From Escherichia phage OLB35: a stretch of 64,000 nucleotides of DNA. Under the pieces are notes generated by a model. The model made no database searches. It saw only the letters and a list, made by a program, of their open reading frames with translations, and was not told where the DNA came from. The translations under genes and the position numbers were made by a program. The stretch's first letter is position 1, and every line of letters begins with the position of its first letter. The stretch is taken from sequence record MH992122.1; one strand, written 5' to 3'. This document shows, one piece after another, positions 22,577-33,389 of this stretch.

Positions 22577-23745
22577 CAGTATTCCAACGTCCAGGATATC
22601 CTAACTTAAGCGTTAAATTATATCAAGATTATTCGGCTTGGCAAGAAAATAGATACGTTGAACTCGCGGCAACAATAACAACTTTAACCATGCGAGATTC
22701 ACTATATGGAAGAAATGAAGGGATTCTTCAATTTTATGACACTAAAAACATCCACACTAAAATGGATGGTAGACAGATAGTCCAAATCTCTGTTTCAAAT
22801 TCAAACACACCTCTCCAAGTTAGAACTCGAATTTACGGATGTAGACATTATTCTGTGTCTGTGGACTCAAAAGGTGACAATATTATTGCAATTGAGCTTG
22901 GAACAATACATTCTATAGAGAACCTTAAATTTGGGCGACCATTCTTCCCAGACGCAGGCGAATCTATACGTGAAATGCTAGGTGTCATATACAAAGACCG
23001 TACGTTAATTACTCCGCCAATAAACACTATTAATGCTTATGTTCCTGATATTCCTTGGACAAGCACATTTGATGATTATTTGGCATATGTCAGAGAATTA
23101 GGACTTGCTACAGCGAGTGATAAGTTCGTATTCGTATGGCAAGATATTTTAGGCGTAAACATGATTGACTATGATACTCTTATTGGTCAGGAAGGCATTA
23201 AGATGATTGTAGGTGAGCCAAATACCGTAGGTCAGTATATTCAAGAGCTTGAGTATCCATTAGTATGGGATTTTACCTGGATGACTAAAGCCAACCAATT
23301 TACAAGAGACCCTATTAAAAACGCCACAATATTCGCCCATTCATTTTTAGATACATCTATTCCGGTTATTGTTACAGGTGATGGTGATAATGCTATTCTT
23401 GTGTCAAGATCTGGTGGATATTCTGAAATGACCTATCGTAATGGATTTGAAGAAGCAAGTCGTCTTCAGACAATGGCTCAATACGACGGTTATGCTAAAT
23501 GCACTACTACAGGCAATTTTAACATAACGCCTGCTACTAAAATTATATTTGTTGACCAAAAGAACCAATTCAAATCCGAATTTTACGTGGATGAAGTTAT
23601 TCATGAGTTATCAAATAACAACTCACAAACTCATCTGTACATGTTTACCAACTCAATGGTGTTAGAACCTGTTAACCCAGTTAAGGTTAAAAATGAACTT
23701 AAATCTGATTCTACCTCTAAAGAAAATAATTCTACCACAGTCTAA
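22573..23745 (+). CDS. 27: Baseplate hub subunit gp27
   Basis: 390 aa (T4 391). Confidence 0.9.
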   Translation: MTVFQRPGYPNLSVKLYQDYSAWQENRYVELAATITTLTMRDSLYGRNEGILQFYDTKNIHTKMDGRQIVQISVSNSNTPLQVRTRIYGCRHYSVSVDSKGDNIIAIELGTIHSIENLKFGRPFFPDAGESIREMLGVIYKDRTLITPPINTINAYVPDIPWTSTFDDYLAYVRELGLATASDKFVFVWQDILGVNMIDYDTLIGQEGIKMIVGEPNTVGQYIQELEYPLVWDFTWMTKANQFTRDPIKNATIFAHSFLDTSIPVIVTGDGDNAILVSRSGGYSEMTYRNGFEEASRLQTMAQYDGYAKCTTTGNFNITPATKIIFVDQKNQFKSEFYVDEVIHELSNNNSQTHLYMFTNSMVLEPVNPVKVKNELKSDSTSKENNSTTV

Positions 23746-24226
23746 TAAAAAGGTAATGATTCCCAAATTAGGGCTCAAACATTATAATCTTTTAAAGGAC
23801 GTTAAAGGCCCTGATGAAAACATGAAAATCTTAGCTGATTCTATTTGTAAAAATATGAGTCCTGCTGATTTTGATTTTGCATGTCTACATATATTGGAAT
23901 TTAATAACAAACTTAAGTCTGAAGTTGAAAAAGACGGATTCATATATAAGCTAGATGACGTCTATGTATGCCAACGAACAGAATTCCAATTCCAAGGCAA
24001 TACTTTTTATTTTAGACCTCCAGGCAAATTTGAACAATTCGCTACAATCAGTGAAATGTTATCAAATTGCTTAATAAAAGTTAATGACGAAGAGAAAGAA
24101 ATTTCTTTCCTTGAGATGCCTGCTTTTGTAATCAAATGGGCAGAAGACCTTTCGACAACTATTGCTATTCCAGGCCCTAATGGTCCTATTAAGGGTATAG
24201 CAGAAATTATTGGATTGCTTGAATGA
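23693..24226 (+). CDS. 28: Baseplate hub distal subunit gp28
   Basis: 177 aa as in T4; overlaps the gp27 3-prime end. Confidence 0.85.
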   Translation: MNLNLILPLKKIILPQSNKKVMIPKLGLKHYNLLKDVKGPDENMKILADSICKNMSPADFDFACLHILEFNNKLKSEVEKDGFIYKLDDVYVCQRTEFQFQGNTFYFRPPGKFEQFATISEMLSNCLIKVNDEEKEISFLEMPAFVIKWAEDLSTTIAIPGPNGPIKGIAEIIGLLE

Positions 24227-25998
24227 AACCTGAAGAAATGAAATCCATGCGTAGAAATAAGGTCATTGCCGATAATAAACCACAAAAAGTAGCTGCATCA
24301 GCAGCTACCGATTCATTAGAAGCATTGAATGACATTTCATCAAAACTAGACGATGTCCAAGCCGCGTCTGAACTCACATCACAAAGTGTAGAAGATAAAG
24401 GCAATGGAATTATTGAATCAATTGGAGACTTAAAGAATTCGACAGATAATACTGCTGAAGGCACAGAGCTTATCGCAGAAGTTATTGAAAAACAAACTGA
24501 AGTCACTAAAAGTATAAACGAAGTTTCTAGTGCAATAAGCTCTAAGTTAGACCGATTAGCTACATTATTAGAGCAAAAATTACAAACATCTACCGCTATT
24601 CAAAATACAGGAGGCACCTCTCTTGAAGTAATTGAGAACGCAATACCTGTTAAAGTGGTTGAGAATGAAACTTCTGATGAGTTGTTTAAAGCATTCCCTA
24701 CACCTGAAAAGATTGATAATAAGCCAGACGAAGATTTCTTCCCGGCTCCGGTTCAAGAAAGTGCTAATTCTACTTCTTCTGATTCTAAAGGTGGAATTAG
24801 CTTTAAATTGAGCGATAAAATTGCAATGCTCACCAAAACAGTTCAAACCGGGTTTAATAAATCAATATCAATTTCAGACAGAATTGCTGGAATGCTTTTC
24901 AAATACACTATAACGGCTGCTATTGAAGCAGCAAAAATGGCCGCACTTATTCTTGGTATTGTTATCGGTATTGATTTATTGATAGTCCATTTCAAATATT
25001 GGACAGACAAATTCACTTCTGCCTGGGATTTATTTGATGAAAACTTTACTAAATTCTCCGATGAAGCTAAAGAGTGGGGTAAATTCTTAAGTGATATATT
25101 CACTTCTATTGACTCGATAAAACAATTGTGGGAAGCTGGAGACTGGGGTGGTTTAACCGTTGCTATTGTCAAAGGTGTAGGAACAGCATTAATGAACTTA
25201 GGTGAACTAATTCAATTAGGAATGGCTAAACTCTCCGCGTCTATATTGCGTGCTATAGGTTTTGGTGATACCGCGGACGAAATAGAAGGACGTGCTTTGG
25301 AAGGATTCCAAGAAACTACTGGGAACAAATTAAAGAAAGAAGACCAAGAGAAAGTCGCTAAATATCAAATGAAGCGTGACGATGGGGAATTAGGAACCGT
25401 TTCTAAAGGTCTTGATATGTTACAACGCGGCAAAACATTCGTTACTAACTGGGTTCGTGGTAATGACAATAAAGAAGAGTTTAGTACAAGCGATGAGCGT
25501 GCTGCGGAATCAGCAAAATTAAAAGAGCTACCTGAAGAGGAGCGTAAAGAGGCATATATAAAAGCTAATGAAACTCGTGCGGCACTGGTTAGATTTGAGG
25601 ATTATATCGATAAAATCGATATGACTAATCCAGAAAATGCTAAAAACGTCGAGAAGTCTTATGCTGATTTAAGTAAACTTATTAAAGACCCTGAACTTAA
25701 TAAAACTCCTGTTGTTAAAAAGGAAATAGATGCTAGATTTGAAAAGCTAAATAATAAAATGGCTGAAGCCAAAAAGGCTCAGACAACAGTTAAGCCTGAA
25801 TCTTCAACTAAATCTCCGGAAGCAAAACAAGTTCAGTCAATAGAGAAAGGACGTGCTTCTGAATCTAAACAACAGCAACCGGTAGCGGCTATTAGTAACA
25901 CAAATAATGTCGTCAAAAAGAATACCGTAGTCCAGAATATGACCCCTGTAACAAGTACAACGGCTCCTGGAATTTTCCATGCCACCGGTGTTAATTAA
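24223..25998 (+). CDS. 29: Baseplate hub subunit / tail length determinant gp29
   Basis: 591 aa (T4 590). Confidence 0.9.
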   Translation: MKPEEMKSMRRNKVIADNKPQKVAASAATDSLEALNDISSKLDDVQAASELTSQSVEDKGNGIIESIGDLKNSTDNTAEGTELIAEVIEKQTEVTKSINEVSSAISSKLDRLATLLEQKLQTSTAIQNTGGTSLEVIENAIPVKVVENETSDELFKAFPTPEKIDNKPDEDFFPAPVQESANSTSSDSKGGISFKLSDKIAMLTKTVQTGFNKSISISDRIAGMLFKYTITAAIEAAKMAALILGIVIGIDLLIVHFKYWTDKFTSAWDLFDENFTKFSDEAKEWGKFLSDIFTSIDSIKQLWEAGDWGGLTVAIVKGVGTALMNLGELIQLGMAKLSASILRAIGFGDTADEIEGRALEGFQETTGNKLKKEDQEKVAKYQMKRDDGELGTVSKGLDMLQRGKTFVTNWVRGNDNKEEFSTSDERAAESAKLKELPEEERKEAYIKANETRAALVRFEDYIDKIDMTNPENAKNVEKSYADLSKLIKDPELNKTPVVKKEIDARFEKLNNKMAEAKKAQTTVKPESSTKSPEAKQVQSIEKGRASESKQQQPVAAISNTNNVVKKNTVVQNMTPVTSTTAPGIFHATGVN

Positions 25999-26006
25999 GG
26001 ATTATT

Positions 26007-27116
26007 ATGATTAGTGTAAAAGAAATAGTAGTAGATGCAAAGGATTTAAATAAAGCAATCCCAGTCTCAGAAAGTGCTGGGCAAAGCACTAAAACCGAAA
26101 CAACTACTAAAACTTATGTTGCTCAATTTCCTACAGGAAGAGCAGCCGGAAATGACTCCACAGGAGACTTCCAGGTAACAGACCTTTATAAGAATGGATT
26201 ATTATTTACCGCGTACAATATGTCTGCACGCGATTCAGGATCCCTCAGGAATTTACGTCCGGCATACGCTGGTACTTCATCTAATGGTATCATATCAGAT
26301 TTAACTGATAATGTGAAAGATGCAGTGACTAAATTCTCTAATGGGTTGCTTCCTGCCGGAGCTAATAAATCTACTATAAATAAAACTCCTGTTGCTAATA
26401 TACTTTTGCCACGTTCCAAATCTGACGTTGATACAACTTCACATCGTTTTAATGATATCGGTGATAGCCTTATTACTAAAGGTGGAGGTACTGCTACAGG
26501 TGTTTTAAGTAACATTGCTTCTACTGCAGTTTTTGGTGCATTAGATTCTATTACTCAAGGGCTTATGGCTGATAATAACGAGCAGATTTATACGACTTCT
26601 CGTAGTATGTATGGTGGTGCCGAGAACCGTACTAAAGTCTTTACATGGGATTTAACTCCACGTTCAACTGAAGACCTTATGGCTATTATAAACATTTACC
26701 AGTATTTTAACTATTTCTCATATGGTGAGACCGGTAAATCACAGTACGCCCAAGAGATTAAAAGTTATTTAGACGAATGGTATCGTTCAACGTTTATTGA
26801 GCCTATGACGCCAGATGATGCAGTAAAAAATAAGACATTGTTTGAAAAGATTACTGCGTCATTAACAAATGTATTAGTTGTAAGCAACCCTACAATTTGG
26901 ATGGTTAAAAACTTTGGTTATACGTCTAAATTTGATGGATTAACTGACGTATTTGGCCCGTGTCAAATTCAAAGCGTACGTTTTGATAAAACTCCAAATG
27001 GACAATTTAATGGTCTCGCTGTTGCTCCTAACTTACCATCAACATTTACGTTAGAGATAACAATGCGAGAAATTATTACATTAAACCGTTCTTCACTTTA
27101 TGCGGGGACTTTCTAA
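26007..27116 (+). CDS. 48: Baseplate tail-tube cap gp48
   Basis: 369 aa (T4 364). Confidence 0.9.
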   Translation: MISVKEIVVDAKDLNKAIPVSESAGQSTKTETTTKTYVAQFPTGRAAGNDSTGDFQVTDLYKNGLLFTAYNMSARDSGSLRNLRPAYAGTSSNGIISDLTDNVKDAVTKFSNGLLPAGANKSTINKTPVANILLPRSKSDVDTTSHRFNDIGDSLITKGGGTATGVLSNIASTAVFGALDSITQGLMADNNEQIYTTSRSMYGGAENRTKVFTWDLTPRSTEDLMAIINIYQYFNYFSYGETGKSQYAQEIKSYLDEWYRSTFIEPMTPDDAVKNKTLFEKITASLTNVLVVSNPTIWMVKNFGYTSKFDGLTDVFGPCQIQSVRFDKTPNGQFNGLAVAPNLPSTFTLEITMREIITLNRSSLYAGTF

Positions 27117-28078
27117 TGTACTCTTTAGAAGAATTTAATAACCAAGCTATAAATGCAGATTTCCAACGAAACAATATGTTTAGTTGTGTATTTGCTACTA
27201 CGCCATCGACCAAATCGTCTTCACTAATTTCGTCAATTGGTAGTTTTGCTTATAATAACTTAGGGTTGGATTCCGATTGGCTAGGATTGTCTCAAGGTGA
27301 TATCAATCAGGGCGTAACAACCCTGATTACAGCAGGAACACAGAAATTAATTCGAAAATCAGGTATAAGTAAATATCTGATTGGAGCAATGAGTCAACGT
27401 ACGGTACAAAGCTTGTTAGGTGAGTTCACAGTAGGAGCTTATCTGATAGACTTCTTCAATATGGCATATAATAATACAGGTTTAATGATTTATTCTGTAA
27501 AAATGCCTGAGAACCGATTATCTTATGAAACGGATTTCAACTATAACTCCCCGAACATCAGAATTACCGGCCGTGAAATGGACCCGTTAGTAATAAGCTT
27601 TAGAATGGATTCCGAAGCATCTAACTTTAGAGCAATGCAAGACTGGGTAAACTCGGTCCAAGACCCTGTAACAGGTCTTCGCGCTTTACCACAAGACGTC
27701 GAAGCAGATATTCAGGTTAATTTACATGCACGAAATGGTTTACCACATACCGCCGTCATGTTCACTGGATGTATTCCTGTTAGTGTCTCTTCTCCTGAGT
27801 TAACGTATGATGGTGATAATCAGATAACAGTTTTTGACGTAACATTTGCTTATCGCGTTATGCAATCAGGTGCTGTAAATAGACAGGCTGCTTTAGAATG
27901 GCTGGAATCAGGACTTATTAGTAGTGTTTCAGGAATGTTTGGAAATAATCAAAATGATTCTGGGCTAGGAAGTGCAGTATCAAGACTTTCTAGATTAGGT
28001 GGGACTGCTGGAGGTGTGTCTAATATAAACACATTGACAGGTGTGGTGAATTCTGCATCAAGAGTTTTAGGTCTATAA
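27116..28078 (+). CDS. 54: Baseplate tail-tube initiator gp54
   Basis: 320 aa as in T4. Confidence 0.9.
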   Translation: MYSLEEFNNQAINADFQRNNMFSCVFATTPSTKSSSLISSIGSFAYNNLGLDSDWLGLSQGDINQGVTTLITAGTQKLIRKSGISKYLIGAMSQRTVQSLLGEFTVGAYLIDFFNMAYNNTGLMIYSVKMPENRLSYETDFNYNSPNIRITGREMDPLVISFRMDSEASNFRAMQDWVNSVQDPVTGLRALPQDVEADIQVNLHARNGLPHTAVMFTGCIPVSVSSPELTYDGDNQITVFDVTFAYRVMQSGAVNRQAALEWLESGLISSVSGMFGNNQNDSGLGSAVSRLSRLGGTAGGVSNINTLTGVVNSASRVLGL

Positions 28079-28086
28079 GAAAAAAA

Positions 28087-28103
28087 GGGAGACGTTGTCT
28101 CCC
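28087..28103 (+). terminator. Terminator hairpin GGGAGAC-GUU-GUCUCCC after gp54
   Basis: 7-bp stem preceded by A6 and followed by UUUAGGGGUUUAUUU. Confidence 0.65.
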
Positions 28104-28112
28104 TTTAGGGGT

Positions 28113-28406
28113 TTATTTACGGAATGAAAGGAATGCTGGTGCTCGGAATGGAGTATCATCTTTAGAGTATTTAACTAATACGACCATTGGTACCTCTGTT
28201 TCTAAATGACCTGTCAGTACACCGATAAAAATTTGATCAGTGTGCTCAGGGTCACGAAAGTTTTTAAGAGGTTCCATAGCAATATGGAATGCACCTGGGA
28301 ATACTCGATTCAATTCGTCAATCACAGCTTCGTTAAAAACATCATCCGCTGGGATAGCATCTTCAACTACTAGTTCTTGACCATTAAAGCGAAGCATAGA
28401 TTTCAT
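28113..28406 (-). CDS. Hypothetical protein downstream of alt (alt.-1-like position)
   Basis: Start placed at the internal Met preceded by GAGGA; the longer ORF (to 28478) would contain the early-promoter motif at 28436-28465, so the short form is preferred. Uncertain. Confidence 0.5.
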   Translation of the reverse strand: MKSMLRFNGQELVVEDAIPADDVFNEAVIDELNRVFPGAFHIAMEPLKNFRDPEHTDQIFIGVLTGHLETEVPMVVLVKYSKDDTPFRAPAFLSFRK

Positions 28407-28435
28407 AACGTTTTCCTCATGTTGTTGATGGGATG

Positions 28436-28465
28436 ATAGTATCACACATCCATGTGCTTGTAAAC
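28436..28465 (-). promoter_or_regulatory. Early-type promoter (GTTTAC / TACTAT) at the alt 3-prime end
   Basis: Minus strand GTTTAC, 18-nt spacer, TACTAT, then leader CAACAACATGAGGAAAACGTT-ATG. Confidence 0.55.
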
Positions 28466-30552
28466 TATCCTTGAACAAATTTAAATGGAACCGATTCCAA
28501 ATCCATTAAAGATGCTAACAGTTTCAATCCTTTAGGAGCACTAGTTTTTTCTACAAATGTGGAGAACGATACCGGCTCATCTGATTCGATTTCACCAGTC
28601 ATAGCAACCACCTCGCCTGTTTCCATGAGAACATCGCCATCGTAAATGACTGCTTCATCCAACTGGTCCGAGGACATGACTTCAGCTTGAATAAATTTAA
28701 GGTTGGATTCTAAACCTGCACCGGTGTCAGATGACGCATCTGTAATTTTATTTATCTGCAAGAGAATGCCTCTAGGCAAAATAATTTCTTGCTCATTAGG
28801 GTGATTACTCAACTGTCCTGGATAAATCACGTTAACTTTATGAGCGCCATCAATAGCCCATCCAACGTTAACACGGATTTGTTCTGGTGCATGCATAGCT
28901 GTTCTTACTTGACTAGGAGAAATAGTAACACCTTCGTCATTATTGTCAATGCTAAGCTCTTTGCGAACTTCTTCAGGAGCAAGTCCAAGGGCAACGTTCT
29001 CTTTAAACCCGCCGAAAATAATAGGAGCTAGTGAAGTAGAAACATAGTTTCTGAAGTAGAATACCTTATTTTTAACCATTGCTTCGTAAATAGGCATTCT
29101 GATAGACTGAGCTCTATACAACGTTAGTCCTTCAGGTAAACGGTCTCCATTTAAAAACGCCGAATCAAGACCATCAATAGCGCGTTTAACTTCATCTTCA
29201 TCTGCAACATCATAAAAATCCGGTTTATAACGTCCTAACAACATATTATTGATATCGGTATACGCAGAAGAGGCATATTCACGAATAGCTCGTTTTTCAG
29301 CAACAGAGTATTGTTTAGGGTCACGATTCATTGTTATATTAAAGGTGCCTCTAGCCGATTCTCGTGCATAAGTATACATCACATTAGACAAGAACGCTGA
29401 TTTACGTTGTTTCCAAGTTTTTTCAGATACTTCAGCTAAAACGTCGTCAGCCAGTTGGAAATTATCTCGTCTAAAATCTTCAAACCATTCGTCTCTAATA
29501 GAGTCTGCAATTTCGTTTGCAGCTTCAACAAAAGCAGCTAATGCTTTAACAGATGTTGTTTTTTCAGTTTTAATTTTCTTAGCAAACTTTTCTAAAGTCG
29601 GCTTAATAACACTACCATAAGAAACTTCATCAGCAAATCTAAAGGATTCATCAATACGATTATAAATCTTATTTTCGATATCAGCAACTAAAGTGCCTTT
29701 TGCTGTAGACGATGCTTGGGCTAGTACGATTTCATATGCTTCAGGAAGTAATTCAGCTGTAGCTGGGCCACTAACTTCTTTAGCAGAATTTTCGTATTTC
29801 TGGAATAGCTCACCTTCTTGGCGGTCAGCTTCTAAAGATTGACTTGCTGCAATAGCGCGACGAGAAATTTTAGTACGAGCAATAACAGGCTTATCTTTAC
29901 GTTTTTCTTCTACAGCAGCAATAGAACCAGCGATAGCCGTTTCTTTGGTGACTTTTTCGCCAGTCTTTTTACTCACATAAACTTCACCAACATCAGAATC
30001 TACTTTCGTGTACAACTCTGTGTTAATGTTAGGGATGCCTTTAATATCTTCAATGTTGGCATTTTTACGAACCATCATCACATATGTGTGTTTACCTGTG
30101 AATTGATACATTGCAGACAATACTTTAAAACGACCACCGGTTTTAGTAGAAACTAAACGAGCAAGAAGAGTTTGAAGTTGTTGTCCACGTCCTTTCAATT
30201 TCTTGGTAGGGAATCGGAACAAAACTGCATCCATACGAAGAGCTTTAACCTGTTCATACACTGTATTGAAAATGGTGTTGATTGCATCAATAGGAGCAGG
30301 ACCAAGACCATTTTTCAATTCAGCGAGATTACCCTTTTCAGAAAGACTCATAATAACGACATGAGCGTATTTGTCACCAAGTTTAACTTGTTTTACAGCA
30401 TCGCCTTCGGAAAGGTAAGAGAATAAACGAACTACGATGTTTGTATCGATATCACCAATTTTCCAGACTTGTGGAACTTTGGCTTTAGGGTTCAAATTGA
30501 CGACAGGAAGACTGCCTTCAGATTCAAACACTTCATTTAATTGTTCAGACAT
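28465..30552 (-). CDS. alt: Alt ADP-ribosyltransferase (head-packaged)
   Basis: 695 aa (T4 Alt 682); position between 54 and DNA ligase. Confidence 0.9.
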   Translation of the reverse strand: MSEQLNEVFESEGSLPVVNLNPKAKVPQVWKIGDIDTNIVVRLFSYLSEGDAVKQVKLGDKYAHVVIMSLSEKGNLAELKNGLGPAPIDAINTIFNTVYEQVKALRMDAVLFRFPTKKLKGRGQQLQTLLARLVSTKTGGRFKVLSAMYQFTGKHTYVMMVRKNANIEDIKGIPNINTELYTKVDSDVGEVYVSKKTGEKVTKETAIAGSIAAVEEKRKDKPVIARTKISRRAIAASQSLEADRQEGELFQKYENSAKEVSGPATAELLPEAYEIVLAQASSTAKGTLVADIENKIYNRIDESFRFADEVSYGSVIKPTLEKFAKKIKTEKTTSVKALAAFVEAANEIADSIRDEWFEDFRRDNFQLADDVLAEVSEKTWKQRKSAFLSNVMYTYARESARGTFNITMNRDPKQYSVAEKRAIREYASSAYTDINNMLLGRYKPDFYDVADEDEVKRAIDGLDSAFLNGDRLPEGLTLYRAQSIRMPIYEAMVKNKVFYFRNYVSTSLAPIIFGGFKENVALGLAPEEVRKELSIDNNDEGVTISPSQVRTAMHAPEQIRVNVGWAIDGAHKVNVIYPGQLSNHPNEQEIILPRGILLQINKITDASSDTGAGLESNLKFIQAEVMSSDQLDEAVIYDGDVLMETGEVVAMTGEIESDEPVSFSTFVEKTSAPKGLKLLASLMDLESVPFKFVQG

Positions 30553-30592
30553 AGTGTTTTCCTTTTAGTAATAATTTATATTTATGCCAAAA

Positions 30593-30608
30593 AGAGCCCG
30601 AAGGCTCT
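30593..30608 (-). terminator. Terminator hairpin AGAGCC-UUCG-GGCUCU upstream of alt
   Basis: On the minus strand followed by UUUUUGG. Confidence 0.6.
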
Positions 30609-30796
30609 TAATCCACAATCGGAAGCAAAGTACGATAAACTTCAAAATTAGGGCCTTTTTCGTACTTATCAAAATTGTCCATAAAAATATTATAGGAATC
30701 GTTATTAGGAAAATCTAATACAATTTGGGAACAAGAGGTGGAAACATCACCACCATCTTTATTAGCGACAACTACTGTTTCTAAATAAGCTTTCAT
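30608..30796 (-). CDS. Hypothetical small protein between ligase and alt
   Basis: Start placed at the Met whose ATG overlaps the ligase stop (TAATG); the 69-aa alternative starts at 30817. Confidence 0.5.
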   Translation of the reverse strand: MKAYLETVVVANKDGGDVSTSCSQIVLDFPNNDSYNIFMDNFDKYEKGPNFEVYRTLLPIVD

Positions 30797-32289
30797 TATA
30801 AACCTGTCTGGGACCAAGGTCCAAATACGTCTTCAAATGAATCCGCTTCTGTTTTATCAAAACGGAACCCTTTAATAATTGGAAGGAAAATACCTACAGT
30901 ACCTTCACGGCCTTTAGAATGAACCCAACCATTACATTCGCAATCAGCAATACGTCCAATCAATTTACCTTCACGAGCTTCAGCCATTAATCGTTCACGG
31001 TCTAAATCATGACGCTCATCTAAAGGAATAAGAACCTTTACACCGTCAACTGTTTTATGAGTTGTATCTTTAAACCCTGAACCACAATCGGTTGTAATAC
31101 GACGACAACGTGATACAAGTTCGACACCACCTAATTTGTTAGGGTCTTTAGAGTGTTCATAGTATCCTACAACTTCTAAAGCGATATCAATAACTTCTTT
31201 AAATTTAATTAGGTTCTTAGAGCGTTTGTTTTCCCAATATGAATCACGGTTTTTAAGGATAATACCTTCAAGACCTTGGTCAACATATTTTTTATAAACC
31301 ACTTTAGCTTCGTCAAGATTACGAACTAACTGATTTTCAATTGGCTCAATTCGCTTAAAGCCTTCAGCCATATTTTCAAGAGCAGCAAAACGAACATCGT
31401 ATTTCTGACCTTTAATTTTGCCATCAGAATAGACTTCATCTAAAGGAACATAGTCCCAGGCTTGAAGAACCATACCTTCAGCTTCTTTAGGAGAAATAGT
31501 CCCTTGAAGAGATTTATTTGCTAAACCGTTTGAAGTGCTACGGTCTGCAACTTGTACTTCTTCGGATTCTTCATTATCGCCAAATAAGAACGACAGGTCA
31601 TTTCCTGAGCTCACAGCCTTTTTAATATCAAATGAATGATAAACTAATTCGCCGTCGATTAAAACCCCATTAGGGTGTCTTTCACGGGCTTCTTTAGTCA
31701 TTTCCATTAGTTCATCTGCTAATAGGGTAAGACCATGGTATTCGTTACCGGCACGAGAAAAGAATTGAACACCGTCATCACGAACTTCAGCGAAACAACG
31801 AGCACCATCTGCTTTTAATTGAGCAAATGCAGGCCATTTAATATTTTTAGTAATCAATTTCTCGTCATATGCAGATGCTAACATCTGCGGTTGCAATTGA
31901 ATAAGTCCAGGCCATACCTTATTCGCGATAGACACTGAAGCACCTACTTCAAGGTCTCGCATCATTACACGGCGTAGTACTTCAACATCATCAGGTTTAC
32001 CGTCGGCGATATAACCCATGAGCTCTTTAATTGCTGCATTACCAGTGAGTTTACGAGTGGCCAATGTGAACTCAATAAAATCCAACATGTCATCTAATTC
32101 AAGAAGACCATACGCTTGAGACCTTTCACCTGGTCCTGGCCATTTCTTAATATAATACTGGATACCACGTGCATATGTTAAACGATACACACGTTCAAGT
32201 AATTTGTTGTCCTTATTTTTCTTAAGGATTTCCTGTTTTGTTTTAGTAGAACCGATCGCAGCTATTTGGTTTAAAATATCTAAAATCAT
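30796..32289 (-). CDS. 30: ATP-dependent DNA ligase gp30
   Basis: 497 aa; adenylation motif AQLKADGARC (KxDG); T4 ligase is 487 aa. Confidence 0.95.
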   Translation of the reverse strand: MILDILNQIAAIGSTKTKQEILKKNKDNKLLERVYRLTYARGIQYYIKKWPGPGERSQAYGLLELDDMLDFIEFTLATRKLTGNAAIKELMGYIADGKPDDVEVLRRVMMRDLEVGASVSIANKVWPGLIQLQPQMLASAYDEKLITKNIKWPAFAQLKADGARCFAEVRDDGVQFFSRAGNEYHGLTLLADELMEMTKEARERHPNGVLIDGELVYHSFDIKKAVSSGNDLSFLFGDNEESEEVQVADRSTSNGLANKSLQGTISPKEAEGMVLQAWDYVPLDEVYSDGKIKGQKYDVRFAALENMAEGFKRIEPIENQLVRNLDEAKVVYKKYVDQGLEGIILKNRDSYWENKRSKNLIKFKEVIDIALEVVGYYEHSKDPNKLGGVELVSRCRRITTDCGSGFKDTTHKTVDGVKVLIPLDERHDLDRERLMAEAREGKLIGRIADCECNGWVHSKGREGTVGIFLPIIKGFRFDKTEADSFEDVFGPWSQTGL

Positions 32290-32555
32290 TTGATATCCTC
32301 GATTTTGGTTACGGTTCTATTATAAGCCACTTCATCTAGAAGCGATTTCAGCGTTTTCTGATAAGTGGTAATCCGTTTACCGAGTCCTTCAACATAGTAT
32401 TCTGAAATGTAGATGAACCCTTGTTCAACGCACTCTTTAAATATTTCTGCGTCTTTTACTGAACGAAACAACGGCCAGTCTCGAAAGAACATGTTAACAT
32501 GACCGTAGTCGCGTGTGGTGTTTTTGCCATCTGTAATATCATGAACTACAAACAT
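32286..32555 (-). CDS. Hypothetical protein (30.1-like position)
   Basis: 89-aa ORF with ATGA-type overlap with ligase. Confidence 0.6.
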   Translation of the reverse strand: MFVVHDITDGKNTTRDYGHVNMFFRDWPLFRSVKDAEIFKECVEQGFIYISEYYVEGLGKRITTYQKTLKSLLDEVAYNRTVTKIEDIK

Positions 32556-32564
32556 AATTAACCC

Positions 32565-33389
32565 TTAACAATTTTTAGACCAAGTCCATTTAGACGAATC
32601 TAAAGGAAAGTTTTGAATCGTCCACCATGGCTGCATATCGGTTGGTCCTGGGGTTCGCCAGGTATATGGAGTACGTGTTGTCGAGGGGCCACCAATTTGA
32701 TTAGGCCATGCGCCTGGACTTGTTGCACCAGATTCTTTAAGCAAATCGGCCAATCGTTTTAAAAGGTCTTCACGATCTGAATTTGAATTATGCTCGGGTG
32801 GAACCAATCGAGATTCAATATCATCCCACGTGTGTACACGTTGTGCAGTGCGAGGAATATCATCACGTTCACCACGAGCCAACCAATAAATCGGTACATT
32901 AAGAATTTCTGCCGCATGGTCACAGTGATGAGCTAAATCGTCAACGTAACAAATCACGTTATATTTTGTTTTAGCTAGTTCGAATAATTGTTCCTTTGAA
33001 GAATCATGACCACACATCATTACTTCAGAGAAAGCGCCTGGGAACAAAGCGTTCAAATTAAATTGTCTATTCAATCGAGCATCAATTGAATCACCTAGCG
33101 CCGTCACGGCTACAAAATTATAGTCTTCTTTTAGTTTATTGATAACTCGAAGAGCATCCGAATAAGGCGCTAAGTAACGAATAAAATCAGAGCGATTATA
33201 TTTTTCTATTAATTGTTTACCGAGGTTATCGTCGGTATTGAATAGTTTACCAGGAGAAATAAATTTTTCGTCCTGAATCATTTTTAAAATATGTTCTAAT
33301 GGAAGATTATATTTTTGGGCAAAATAAGGAAGTCCGGATTGCCAACTTAAACATACACCATCAATATCAGTCAAAATAGTAGGCTTCAT
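32565..33389 (-). CDS. HAD-superfamily hydrolase-like protein (30.2-like position)
   Basis: N-terminal DIDGV (HAD motif I, DxDG) and later YVDD; Trp/Pro-rich C-terminal tail. Confidence 0.7.
   Translation of the reverse strand: MKPTILTDIDGVCLSWQSGLPYFAQKYNLPLEHILKMIQDEKFISPGKLFNTDDNLGKQLIEKYNRSDFIRYLAPYSDALRVINKLKEDYNFVAVTALGDSIDARLNRQFNLNALFPGAFSEVMMCGHDSSKEQLFELAKTKYNVICYVDDLAHHCDHAAEILNVPIYWLARGERDDIPRTAQRVHTWDDIESRLVPPEHNSNSDREDLLKRLADLLKESGATSPGAWPNQIGGPSTTRTPYTWRTPGPTDMQPWWTIQNFPLDSSKWTWSKNC

Noticed and set aside
30797-30817. Longer 69-aa form of the ORF downstream of ligase
   Set aside because: The internal Met whose ATG overlaps the ligase stop (TAATG) gives a cleaner coupled start; the longer form remains possible.
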